From the NCBI RefSeq assembly GCF_001194135.2, contig NC_068981.1:40126853-40168620 (forward strand): 41,768 bases of DNA, written 5' to 3'. The DNA comes from Octopus bimaculoides. Taxonomy: Eukaryota. The notes under the pieces are model-generated. The model searched no databases, was not told the DNA's origin, and saw only the letters and a program-made list of their open reading frames with translations. Both the position numbers and the translations under genes were made by a program. Positions 11,602 to 24,003 of this stretch are shown here, in pieces; the first letter of the stretch is position 1; every line of letters begins with the position of its first letter.

Positions 11602-11740
11602 CGTACGTACGTATGTATGTATGTATGTACGTATGTATGTATGTATGTACGTACGTACGTATGTATGTATGTATGTATGTATGTATGTACGTATGTATGT
11701 ATGTATGTATGTGTGTGTGTATGTATGCAAGTATGTATTT
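11548..11740. repeat. (TATG)n tetranucleotide array with interspersed TACG variants
   Basis: Read directly. Confidence 0.95.
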
Positions 11741-12895
11741 ATTCCAAATGTTACATATGTTTCAGTATTCGGTAACACAAGATATCACACAAAAGAGGCA
11801 ACCAACAGATACAGCTTATAGACTTGTATAAATCTATATATGTTTGTATGTATATGTGTGTATGAATGATATGTATTGTCTTCTTTCAACATGGCCTCAT
11901 GTTATGGTTGTCGTCTCATCAGAAAAGACAGTTTTCTATGACGAAACGAGAAACGTAACATCTAGTCATATTGTTTAGAAGACAATAAATAGTAAGTATC
12001 CGTACTCTGTTAGGGACTTTGAAATTTTTCCTATCTTAGTATGCAGAATGCATCCCTGATATAGTTTCCTGAAAATACGTGTGTGTGTGTGTGTGACAGT
12101 GTGCGTGTATATATGTGTACATGTATGTATGTATATGCGTATGTTTGTATGTATGTATTTCTTTATACTGTGATATCTTCAGACTGTTTCCCAAAGAATA
12201 TGTAGAAATTATCTGGTTGCTGCAAGATGCAGCGACTCTAAGTGTGATTTGGAGGAAATGCTTATTGCTAATTTTACGATCGAGTTACAGAAAGGATGAT
12301 GAGAGCAGAGGAAAGTTACCACTTGTATGGAACGTAACTCGCTACTTCTAAGTATTTAGATAATAATACAATAGAAGTGACAAAGAGAAGATAAAGTATG
12401 GCTGCACACGGGACGCCTTTTGTTCATTCAGCCGGGTGTGTGTTTTTTATGTGCACGAGGATGTTTGTGTGTGCTGTAGCAGCTATTGAACGCACTTAGG
12501 CTTTGTAGAAAGCGAACAACTAATCTGTGGTTAAATATTATTTGGTCTTGAAGAGATAGCCTAGTCTTTGTGAGGCAGTTTTGGTAAGGTTATTGAACTA
12601 ATGTCAATATGAAACATGATCCCATATTGAGCAAGGGGAGAGTCTCAATGTGGTCACTCGAATCAACATCAGCTTCTAGATGACAGAAAGGCATTTATCA
12701 CAATTAGCGTTAAATATAGATAAGACGAGACGACAATGTCTAAGATGGTGGTGAAACAAGAACAAAAGCAACAACAGCAAGAAATATTGTAAAGCTTAAC
12801 CATTATAGAAACTATGAAGCTAATTCGTTCATCGTAAGTAGATATATTAGGGTGTTGTAAGCAGTAACTGATATGTATAAATGTGAGTAGTGTGC

Positions 12896-12946
<51 letters not shown>

Positions 12947-13250
12947 AAGATTCACATGATTCTCTTAAAAGAGATTTAAGTTGTTGTTTTCGCATGAGGC
13001 GTCAGGTTAGTATTTGAATGACACTTGTATGTAGAGGATTATGGAATAAGGTTATCCCCGCATAGGATCGTGTTTAGATAGAGATAAACAGCGGCAATGG
13101 AAGACAATTTCCATTCAAAGCAGCTGGTGGAAAGCATTCTGATCGTCACTGAGAAATGACAGGAAATCAAAGTGATATAGTAAATATTAAATGTGAAAGC
13201 ACACAGCTATATGTATACATACGTAGACACATATATGCTTGTGTACGCAT

Positions 13251-13294
<44 letters not shown>

Positions 13295-13303
13295 GCGCGC
13301 GCG

Positions 13304-14140
13304 CCTCCGCTCTCTTTCCAGTTTAAATCTGTATCCAAGCTATTTTTCAAAATCCTTAGTTCTAGTTTCCTATCACATCATAAATATTCCCTCATCTTTC
13401 ATAAATCTTCGATTAAAATCTCGTATTCTACAAGACCAAACAGAATTTATAATTGCCTCTTCCAGTAGGTGCAAACTAAGCTGCCTTACTGTGGACCCTA
13501 CGAATTATCCACCTGGATCCCTCACCCTAACCCACCAGATACTAATATTATGAGCTTCGGGAACTCTAACTAATTCAATAATAGCAACCCTGGTACCACC
13601 ACCTTTAGTACTAGTAACCCTAGCACACGTGACAGTGGTGACGCCCTCTTTCGACCCCATACCAGTAACGATAACACCTCCAGTCCTGCTTCAAGGATAA
13701 CGGATCATATGAATCACATCAGAATAGAGATCAACCTTAAGCCCACCACCAGTGAAAAAACCTGTGATTGTCGGGTGTCCCAACTATGTCCGTTGGCTTT
13801 TGTTTACACTATAAATGCTGAGTAATAACGCCACGTTCCTACCAGGCTAGGGTCTACATTGGTGGCACTGTTGATTTCCAGCGACTCAACTGGGCCCAGA
13901 TGAGTTCGTTCTCAGGTAGAGCCTCTAAACTCTCTACCTCCCTACCTACATATATACACCACCTCAAATCCCAAAATATTACCTACACCCTATCATGGTA
14001 CGTAGTTTGTGGGTCTTCCCCGTACAGTACTAATCACAATGTTTGTAAGTTGTGTTGCAGGGATTAGATCGCTATCCTTTGCCATCATAATACTTCGTTA
14101 TGCGATAAGTTCTCTGACGTAATTTTTTCGTATGTGCATA
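13304..14140 (+). mobile_element. Penelope-like element remnant (post-RT region plus C-terminal GIY-YIG endonuclease, Naiad-type Cys motifs)
   Basis: Translation gives PPLS..KLFFKIL...HHKYSLIFHKSSIKISYSTRPN, then KTCDCRVSQLCPL (CxCx5C, 13763-13790), then after a frameshift VYIGGT (tac att ggt at 13855-13863), SFS..STSLPTYIHHLKSQNITYTLSWYVV..SPY, CKLC and a terminal SYVH (probably a decayed CxH). Stops and frameshifts are present. Confidence 0.85.
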
Positions 14141-15896
14141 TATTTTATTCCATGTTTGCTCATGACATAACACGTTTATGATTTCTCCTAATTGCGATTA
14201 AGCCCTTACTTATTATTCACCTATGCTAGTAACATTTTCTTTTTTTACTCTCTTTGAACCATTGTGTCTGTCTCAGCATATCTTGCTCATCCACTTCCCA
14301 CTCCTATTCCTTTTGTTCATTGCTTACCTCTTCCTCTCAGTATAGACAGCTACCAGCCCTAATTGATTAAAAAAAATTTTAATGAGATGTTTACATGTAT
14401 GTATGTATGTATGTATTGTAATAACGGGCGAAAAATCGCCTGTATGGCAATTTTCTCTGACCGTATATAATTTCCTGGCGAGCTATTTTTTTTTTTCTTT
14501 ATTTGCAATTTGGTTTTCAAATTTTGACAGGCGTCCCAAATTGAATTTCTCTTTGTGTGATAGTATATCAAGATATAGTGAAGTCAATAAATTGAACAAG
14601 ATATTCATTCATTTTAATGCCGCTTTTTAAACAATAAATTTCCCATTGTATAAATTTCTGCTTTATCGCATGAAATTAATATTTGTCTCCGTTTCTCTCA
14701 AGAAATAGATGCTAAACTCGCTTTCAGATAAATGTAGAGAGATAAAAGTGTTAGTAGAATGCTTAAGTTAAAATGGTTTTGTCTGATATTATCGACGTAT
14801 GTGAGATGAAATGGCTACAAGTGGTATTAACACACTTTAATGGAGTCCATATACATGAAACCTATCTTTACATTGCGGCACTCCTCAACAACGGCGTTTA
14901 TTAACATTAAACATTCTCAGATAATATCATACATAAGGAGAGAAGACAAGATATTTTTAAATAAGATAATTTCATTTCTAAATAGCAAGTACTCTTAATA
15001 AATGCTAATTCTGAATTACAAAACAAGAAAAACAATTTAGCCAGTTTATTTTATCTTTATCGAAAACATTAACTTTGTACATTTCATGTTATTAATGTTT
15101 TGGTTGTTCTTTCTTTTATTATTTTTTATATTTTTTTTGTAGAATAAGTATTATGTATAAATTAGTTACTATATTGCATTTACATTGAAAATACTGTTGA
15201 GAATAACACTATACCAATATCTGCTTAGTACACGATAGATATACCTAGGTTGGAATTATCATTATAGTAGCAATTCGAGCAATTTACTCCAAATATTTGG
15301 TTGTAAATGATATTGAAGCTTTGAGATTTCGAGAAAACACGCGTGTTCTTTGCCTGCAGTTTAGACTACTACATTCATATTGTTCGCTCGAAATGTTTAT
15401 ATATCTAATTTCAAAGGTTCCCAGATTGAAACAAGAGAACATTATCTCCTTGAAGTATGTTACATATGGTCAAATTCATGTTTTGATTTCTCCTCAGATT
15501 TCTACAGTTCAGTTTAAATTTTTAAGTTGGTGTACAAAGCTAATGCAGAAATATGCGGAGTTAGCATTAGATGATAGAATTTACAATATTATATTGAATC
15601 TAAAAAGAATAAAATATATTTATTTATGCATTGATGATTTTATTAGCGGGGTAATTAATAACGATCAATGTATTAATGAATAAAGTGTTATCTAAAAACA
15701 TGAACGATCCTAGTTACTTGAAGCTAGGATCTCAAAACATCCTTTATTCGTAACAGCAAACAATGATATTCTGTGTCATACAACTAGGATAATGGTGGAA
15801 ATTTCGTATATAAAGACAGTTTCCTGAGATATTTTAGAATGTCCACGTCCACTTCTGTTTCCCACGTTCCCTCTATTATCATACAAATATGCACGC

Positions 15897-15938
15897 GTGT
15901 GTGTATGCGTATACACACACACACACACACACACACGT

Positions 15939-15973
<35 letters not shown>

Positions 15974-16218
15974 AATATATATATATACGTGTGTATAGAT
16001 ATGTGTGAATATGCATATGCATATACAAGTACATATGTGTATATATGTATACCCGCTCACATACATATATATACACACACACGCGCGCACACACGCACAT
16101 ATACATATACATATATGTGTGTGTGAGTGTGTGCATGTGTGTGCATACATGCGTGTGCGTGTGTTGGAGAGAAAGAAAGAAAGAGAGAGAGAGAGGGAGA
16201 GAGAGAGAGATAGAGAGA

Positions 16219-16285
<67 letters not shown>
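15897..16285. repeat. Compound (CA)/(TA)/(TG)/(GA) microsatellite block
   Basis: Read directly. Confidence 0.95.
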
Positions 16286-16290
<5 letters not shown>

Positions 16291-16609
16291 TTATAGTTGG
16301 AATACAGCCATCCACTTGATGAATAGACGGATACAACCGTAATCAGAAGTGGTATTGGGTAACGAAAGTAACGAATACGATGCCAACGATGTTGAATGGA
16401 TGAATGAATCGATGGATCAATATATTATCCGAGATTTATTAGTAGTATTTCAGTTTATTCAGTTGAAGCTCTTTTTTTTATGATTCGCTGATCATTGTAT
16501 TATTTAGTTTAAGCAGCGGTGTGAGTTTGCTCGCTAGTAGTGCAATGGAAAGAAGAAGCAGAAACAACTATAGTAGCGGTAAAAGGAGCAGAAAAAAAGA
16601 AACACTAAC

Positions 16610-16624
16610 ATTATCGTTGTCGTT

Positions 16625-16672
<48 letters not shown>

Positions 16673-16800
16673 GGTGGTGGTTTACTAGTAGTGGTAGTAG
16701 TAGTGGTAGTAGTAGTGGTAGTAGTGGTAGTAGTAGTAGTAGTAGTAGTAGTTGTTTTTGTTGCTGTTGTTGTCATTCTTGTCGTTTTGTTGCTGTTATT
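16610..16800. repeat. Compound trinucleotide array (GTT)n(GGT)n(AGT/GGT)n
   Basis: Read directly. It abuts the family D end at 16803. Confidence 0.95.
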
Positions 16801-16802
16801 AT

Positions 16803-16870
16803 TTAACCTCACGTTCAGCCCTGATTAAATAAACCTATATTCAACGCCTCACAGCGATGACTATCTCATT
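16803..16870 (-). mobile_element. Interspersed repeat family D, terminal fragment
   Basis: ttaacctcacgttcagccctgattaaataaacctatattcaa aligns with 18301 (ttagccctaagtcaacccaaattaaacagatctgtaaccaa) and 34831 (ttagcttcaattgagccttgatcgaacaggcgtatgatgaa). Orientation is inferred from tail position. Confidence 0.5.
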
Positions 16871-17150
16871 ATAAGATAAGGGAAGTTTTTTCTAACATCT
16901 TGAGTTACCACGTAAAGGCGTCTTCGTTGATGCAACTTTTGCATATTACACAGAGAGCCATATTTTTTTGGCCTAAGCTTTTATATAAATAATTGCTACT
17001 GTGAATGTCGAAGGCAGAAGATCATTTTTGGGAAGCGACTCTTCAAAGTGCTATTTTGTAGTAGTTTATATTTTAGCAATAACAGAAATGGTTTTACTTG
17101 TGTTTTGTGTTCATATTTAAAGGGATTATAGATCAAGATTGTGAAGGGGT

Positions 17151-17275
17151 GTGATCCAGTGGTTAACGTGTTGCACTTAAGGTTATAGTTTAGATGCCCA
17201 AACTGGACAGTGTGTTGTGTTCTTGAGCAAAACACTCCTTTTCACGTTGCTCCAGTCCACCCAGCTAACAATGTG
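17151..17275 (+). mobile_element. Degenerate tRNA-derived SINE head, sharing a module with family C
   Basis: It reads agtggttaacgtg (A-box-like), then tgtgttgtgttcttgagcaaaacact..ttcacgttgct. The same block occurs in the reverse complement of 28660-28710. Confidence 0.65.
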
Positions 17276-17950
17276 CTCCAACAATAACTACGAAGTTTAC
17301 AAATCGGCGTCCCATTCGTGTGGGCGTGTAGCTTCAGTTACTTATACGCCTTGGTAACCGAGCTGAACTCCGGCTTTATGCGTCCTAAGACTCAAGACAG
17401 GTTTAAGTCTAAGTAAGCAATTCAAGATTGTTTCTTAAAATGAGTAATGTGCGCCATTTTCATGACGAAAGAAACTATGTTGCCATTGGAGAATTGCTCA
17501 ACAGTTTAATAACTAAACCAGCGCATGCACAATCACTCGCTCTTTCTCTCCTTCTCCCCCCTCTCTTTCTCTCTTTATCCTTCTCTCATCAGATGAGGCT
17601 TACATCCACTCTTACGAACAATTTTAAACAACAATTCTCACGATAAACAAAACAAAATGCGCCAGTTTTTTTTTCTACCCCTAAACTTTAATCTCGCTTT
17701 GATTGCAATAACAGAATTAGTAATCCAGGTATTAGAATGCACATTGTAATGATCTTTACAAAATTATCAGTTTCATAACATTAAATTTAAGATATCAATT
17801 TCAATTGCCAAATATCCATTGTAAAATTTGAATTTTAGATTTAAAATTAATCTGAAAATGTCAATTTTAAAATATAATTCATCCATTAGAATCTTAGAAG
17901 CAATTATCTCAGAAGCCAATATGATCCACATGTATTATATTGCAACGAAT

Positions 17951-18163
17951 AAGACAGCGAGCTGGTGGAACCATTAGTGCGTAGGAAACAATACTTAGCG
18001 GCATTTCTTCCGGTTTTTTACGTCTTCAGTTCAAATTCCGCCAAAGTCGACTTGGCCTTTTATCCTTTGGAGGCCGATAAAATAAGTACCAGTTGGGCAC
18101 TGGGGTTATGTAATTGACCTCCTCCTATCCCCAAAATTGTTGGCTGTGCGCCAAAAATTAGAA
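17951..18163 (+). mobile_element. SINE family A copy, diverged, with alternative 3' tail
   Basis: It aligns to 10911-11080 (cagcgagctgg..cttagcgg.atttc..gttcaaattccgcc..gtcgactt.gcctt..atcctt..aaataagtac.agtt). The tail is ccccaaaattgttggctgtgcgccaaaaattagaa. Confidence 0.85.
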
Positions 18164-18297
18164 TTTTATTGCAATAGATCTTATGTATCTAGAATCCATG
18201 GAAAAGCATTCATGTTGTATAGTATTTACAGTTATTGCTGTCATCGTCGTCTTGGCTACTGATATTGTTGTTTATGTTCTTGTTGTTGCTGTTGTTG

Positions 18298-18430
18298 TGG
18301 TTAGCCCTAAGTCAACCCAAATTAAACAGATCTGTAACCAAATACAGTACATCTAAGACTACATTAATCAGTGTCACCTTTTCTTAAAGTCACTTCTGAG
18401 TAAGTTCAAGATTTGATCGCTATTTCTACA
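18298..18430 (-). mobile_element. Interspersed repeat family D fragment
   Basis: It shares ttagccc..gtca.ccc, tctaagactacatta and agattt...gctatttcta with 34826-35030 and 21420-21570. Confidence 0.55.
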
Positions 18431-20399
18431 GCACTCAATGAGACGTAAAGGACCCTGTCTCTTGGCTCATTCTCTATAGTTTTTACCATTTCTGTAACAT
18501 TGCTTTTACCATTTCCCCTTAAAATCGCTAGCCGTATGTAGTATATATTCTAATTTACTTTTTGAATTTTTAAACTTTGTCTTTTGCTCCATTGATATAC
18601 TTTATCGAAAATTCTACGTCAAACCTTTCGAAATGTCTTTATATCTGCGACGTCCTTTTCTGCATGAAACTAATTCCCTTATATGTTTTGCTGCACAATG
18701 ATAACCATCCAAATCCTTTATCAATTTCTAGACAAATGAAACAGATGTAGCCCTAACTTCCATATCTCTGCAGCAAGGAAGCTTATTACGCTATCAGGTG
18801 GAAACTTACCATCTTCATTTATTTATATCTATCCAATGCTGATTGTCCGATAGAAATTTATAAAGTGAATTCTGGGTAATCTCAGTGTTAGTAATGAATG
18901 AAATGAGATTGAGAACCTGAAATTCTTGAAGCAATATCAAACAGCTGCGTAGATAGTAAACATTTTATTTTGAAATAGACTTTACTGCTTCTTATATATA
19001 TATATATATAATTTTTTTTTTGAGTCTTGGACCAACCAGTCAAGATTAATATTATTCTTGCATTATAAATTGTTATATCGCAGCATTTACAACAACGACA
19101 ACAGCAACAACAATGATAGAAGCATCAGCAGTAGCTGCAGTTACCACAAACACAACATCAAATCAATTACTAAAATGCTAAAGAATAAACAAGCAAGACA
19201 GGCTGCATTAAAAATTTTATTTTTTTACTGTTATAAATTTTTTCTTCAATCTGACGTCATATTCAGTTTGATTTCCTAATGAGTTTAATTAGGAAGTAGA
19301 AACTGGAAATTGAAGGAAAGCTTAAAATAAATTTAAATGTGTCTGTATGTGTGCGTGTATGTATGTGTGCGTGTGTGCCGTGGATAAGGAGGATACGTAT
19401 TCAAATGCAGGAGTGAGCTGTACAAGTCTTTTCATTCGCCTTACTTCCTCTAATAACTTCCGACTATGTAGCGTAGATATTTCCTTAGTGCTGACTTTAT
19501 TTAAACGAAGTTTCAGAATATTTATACATATTGTGTGGTTTGATTAAATTAAGGTGAGACGGTTTTATTGCAAGAAAGAGTTGGGACGGGGATGATAAAC
19601 TAATTACACATAGATATACAAATAGTTCTTTGACCTTTCAATGCACATATTTGTCTATATGAAACGGGGGTGGGAGAGATAGTGAGAAAGCAGTGAACGA
19701 GTAAGCTGTCTGTTTGGTTACTGGGCTCGACATGCATTGACTACACACAAGGTTGCCTCTCACTCAGTCTTCACGGGAGGATTGCCCTTCCTCTCTCTCT
19801 TCCTTTCTCATCATCCCTCACTTTCACTTTCTATCCCCCTCTCCCTTCCTCCCTCCCTCCCCTCTCCCTTCCTTCCTCCCTCCCCCCTCTCTTTCTCTTT
19901 CCTTTCCATTTAACAAATTGATTCTGACAGATAGAATAGTTTAGCTCAATTAACTACCTAACTACGCCATTCCAAGGAAGAAAATACGGCGTACAGCATA
20001 AACATTATTATGCAACTAAAAGCTGATAATTTTCAAAATAATGTAACGCAAGCTGAACAGGATATTTGAGACAATTGAAAACTAGTGAAGATTGTATTAT
20101 TTAAAATTATTAGTATTAGCTACAAAACAGCTTTCAACAAATCAACGTTCTGAAGGAAATTCGATATTTTGAGCAGATGCAACTTTAACTGATATATAGT
20201 TTTGAGAAATGGAGCATATGCTACACTATCGAATATTAATAGTATAGTGCGGGCCAGGTGGTTGAAATATAGTGATATGATCAATAGATCAAAATTTATA
20301 AACGTCAAGCCATCGAGGTGCTTAAAATTGTGAGAAAAATTCCAAATGAGATTACAACATGCGGGAGAGAAACATGCTGTAAACGTTGTGTTAATGTAA

Positions 20400-20570
20400 A
20401 GGAAGCCATAATGTTTTACTTGCTGAAGCTCAAACGATCCAATGACTTTCTGCTCTCATCAAACGAAAAGCAGCTGCATCATCTTGGTTTCACGAAGGAG
20501 TCTCTTCACGGTTGCTTAACCTGTTAGAAAGAGCAACCAACTCCTACTCAAATCCCGACCTACTATCTTA
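20400..20570 (+). mobile_element. Probable family D fragment in the opposite orientation
   Basis: ttaacctgttagaaagagcaaccaactcctactcaaatc resembles the reverse complement of the gattt.actgctatttctagca motif at 21528-21551 and the motif at 38685-38720. The left boundary is approximate. Confidence 0.4.
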
Positions 20571-21419
20571 ACTCTTGAAATGGCAGAAGAATTTTCCTTA
20601 ACTGCACTCAACAGTCTTAAAAAGTAAAGGTATGAATCTGAAAGAGAAATATTGCGAGACAGGCTGGAGTATATTCATATGAACAACTTAGTTACTCTTA
20701 TTAATCCTTCAGATCAAAACGATCAACAAAAGATAACTCAGGGTCCTGAAGATTTAAGTAGATGAAAGATAAGTCCGATATATGATACTGGACTTATACA
20801 AGTATTTCTTTTGAATTTTCTTTCGAGAACATGAGTATAAAACATAAATATTGTTACGCAACTGAATTTATATTCGCTCGTAGGTCTCATCAATTAGCGA
20901 TGGTTTGAAGCTTATCGACAATAACAATAACAATAAAATGTTATAACTTCCAACACAGATGCCAAGAATAATTATTAATAATTCCGTACATAAAAACAAT
21001 AACAGAAGTCACGTGTTTCACTGGAATAAGTATTTCGTAGAAAAATAGCAACCTCTACAGAAACAGCAGCAGCAGCAGCAAAATATGCATAATACAGAGA
21101 AAAGGAATCATACGCCAAAAGCAAAGAAAGAAAGTAGTCTCTGGAAAACAAAACCCAAACTGATCAGTAAAATAGCCTGCCATCCGCTTATCTAGATCTT
21201 AATAGCGATATGAATATATCAGGAAGATGATTAACGAGTTAGTAAAGAAACGAAAATAGAAAACATGTAATCAGAATAAGGTGGTTGTAGGTATGAAGGA
21301 ACTTTCTTTAAGAGGCAAAATACACGGTATGAATCTGAAAGGATTAATCAGTTGAATATCTACAGAGGTATAAAACAGATGCAGTGAAGTTGTGCCTGTT
21401 ATTTAACTCTAAAGAGAAC

Positions 21420-21570
21420 CCTTATCGTATAGCCGTATGATCAAAGGTGTAACTTTTTCTAAATCTCAGATTGCATTATCAGATTCGTCCCTCCATTTTT
21501 TACGAGGATACGATATAATTTTAACGAGATTTAACTGCTATTTCTAGCAAATAAGGTGATTGCATATGTG
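21420..21570 (-). mobile_element. Interspersed repeat family D fragment
   Basis: gtatgatcaaagg..cattatc..gagatttaactgctatttctagca is collinear with 34826-35030. Confidence 0.5.
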
Positions 21571-22109
21571 TTTTCCCTTCGGACCTAGATGTAGTGAAGC
21601 TCCTTGGTAATGTATGAGACTAACTTTTTTTACAAATGAGGCCGGGATGTATAAATGCTCGGTTTTGAAACAGTTACCCATTTTCTTCTCTTGTGAAAGA
21701 CATATACCTCATCTTCATTACAAGCGATAAGCAAAACTGGTCGATTCTTTTTTACCTTTACTAAATCCACAGCATCTTTTTCATGAAATTTCTTAAATTC
21801 CCTCTCCCGTGACTGATTAAAATTGACTGCATTTCTCACCCAAATTGCCGGCCTTGTACCTAATTTAGAAATGATAATAGAAAGACGTACTTTACTTTCT
21901 TCTCTTGCTGGTAATAAACCTGTTCCTGCACACATTCCCCTTCCAAAATTTTTAAAACATTTATTGTTTACATCAGTTAATGTAAAAGACATTCATACAT
22001 CTTACTTCTTGTTTCTTCCCAACAGATTCATACATGCACATACACACGCACATACATATAAACACATATATTTAAATATATATCACTTCTCCACTTCTTT
22101 CTTTCTTTC

Positions 22110-22335
<226 letters not shown>

Positions 22336-23629
22336 ACTGGGTCTGTTCTTTGCATGTGCGTAGAACAAGCACAATTATAGGCTTCGGTATTCCTGTACTA
22401 TATAAATACACACATGCTACTAAAATGTACTAAAGTATGTTTAAGGAAGATTAAATTATATCGTCTTGACAGAAATGGGGGAAATGCCAGATCGAATCAA
22501 TCTTTTCTATATAGTCCATTAGAATTTATAGCTTAAAAGTTGACAGAAAATTGATCAGTGAAAATCGAATGTTGAATTTTATCTGAATATAAACTAGCAA
22601 GAAGGAAAGATATATTTAGCCATACCATTGTAATATATTTATTTATAGTTTCCAGTTTAGACAAATATTATGGGAGGATGTAATTTTTGTTTTTACAAGA
22701 AAGAAATGACATTAATTAAATATATCCTTTCTCCTTGTACAAAACGTTTCTTCATACAAGATGAACTGCAGCTAGCGTGAATGACACATAGTCAAAGATC
22801 AGATGTGAGGCATTTTGATGTTGTGCTTGAGAGAGAATGGTGAGAGGGAGAAAGAGAGAGATGTGAGGAGGAAGAGAGATGTGAGGAGGAAGAGAGAGTC
22901 TCAGAGTCTGTATGTGTGTGCGCAGGGAGCTGTCTGGGTGTTTGGTTATTTGCAAGTATGTTGCGTGTTATACATCCCCGTGACCGATGCTTGCTTTTGT
23001 ATGCATGTCGGTGAGAGGGAGAGTGGGAGAAAAGAAAGAGGAGAAATGAAAAAATGTTGTGTATGTTTATGAGTGTATTTGCGAATGTATTCATGTGTAT
23101 GTTTGTTGGTGGGGGTCGGTGTATATATCTGCGATTTTCCGATGCTTTTACAATGTGAAAGAGAACGCGAGAGAGATTAAGAGAAAGACAGACTACGCAA
23201 CTTTCTGCGTATGATGTTGGTTGTCTGTTGATCTTCCATATCTCCAATGCTTTTCTACGTGCATAAGAAAGAGAGAAATAGTGAGAGAGAGAGAGAGAGG
23301 GAGGAGACAGAGAGAGAGAGAAGGGGAGAGAGGAGAGAGAGAGAGAGAAATTGCGCATGGGTACGTAGATGTATGAATCTGTGAGTGTCTGTACGAGTGT
23401 TTGTATGTATGTGCCAACTGTATTCAATCACCTCTGGCGGAAAAAAAAATCGGTTATATGTTAACTATTTTGGACCACTCCAGCTGTCACTCTCTTCTTT
23501 CTGTATGTGTGTGTGTGTGTTTGTGTGTGTGTATGTATGTATGTATGTATGTATACGTATTTCTTTTATTTTTAATTATTTAAATTTTAAGGAGGAAGTC
23601 CCACCACTTAAATTAAATAACACAAACTA

Positions 23630-23970
23630 TATATGTTATGAATTGAAATTCAGACAAGTCTTACACAATTTTTACTACATGTTAGTTGGTGACCTTTGTC
23701 TGAAAACTCTAGCATTGCGACTTAAATATTTACTAATATAGATAAGTGCACCAATAGCTATGGGTATAACGGCGAATTTATTGATCAGAGAAACTGCAAG
23801 TTTTAAAGTAGTTGTCCAAAAATATTCACTTTCTCGCTGATTTTGGGTGAAATGTTCACATCTGTAGGGCAGCTGACTTCAATAATTGTGTCCGACTTTG
23901 ATTTCCCAAAGGGCTACTTGTCTTGTTATTTTTGCTCTAGGTGTAAGTTTTTTATGGAAATATTCACGTT

Positions 23971-24003
<33 letters not shown>

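Noticed and set aside
12182-12351. Possible plus-strand exon after tcttcag (LFPKEYVEIIWLLQ..)
   Set aside because: No recognisable domain, a weak donor, and two competing short frames.
13763-14140. Selenoprotein-type recoding, reported for some Naiad elements
   Set aside because: The conserved Cys positions here use TGT/TGC, or TAT by decay, rather than TGA, and I could not identify a SECIS.
14140-14365. Hammerhead ribozyme expected in Penelope-like terminal repeats
   Set aside because: No CTGA(T/C)GA..GAAA core with flanking stems was visible here.
15297-15683. 128-aa plus-strand ORF with internal splice-like sites
   Set aside because: It starts at a non-ATG codon, has AT-driven composition and shows no recognisable motif. 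The donor (about 15455) and acceptor (about 15498) are too close for a plausible intron.
22856-22891. Short direct repeats (18 bp x2 here, 22-bp unit x2 at 30080-30118) as a CRISPR-like or functional array
   Set aside because: They have only two adjacent units with no spacers, in a eukaryotic microsatellite context. These are ordinary slippage duplications.
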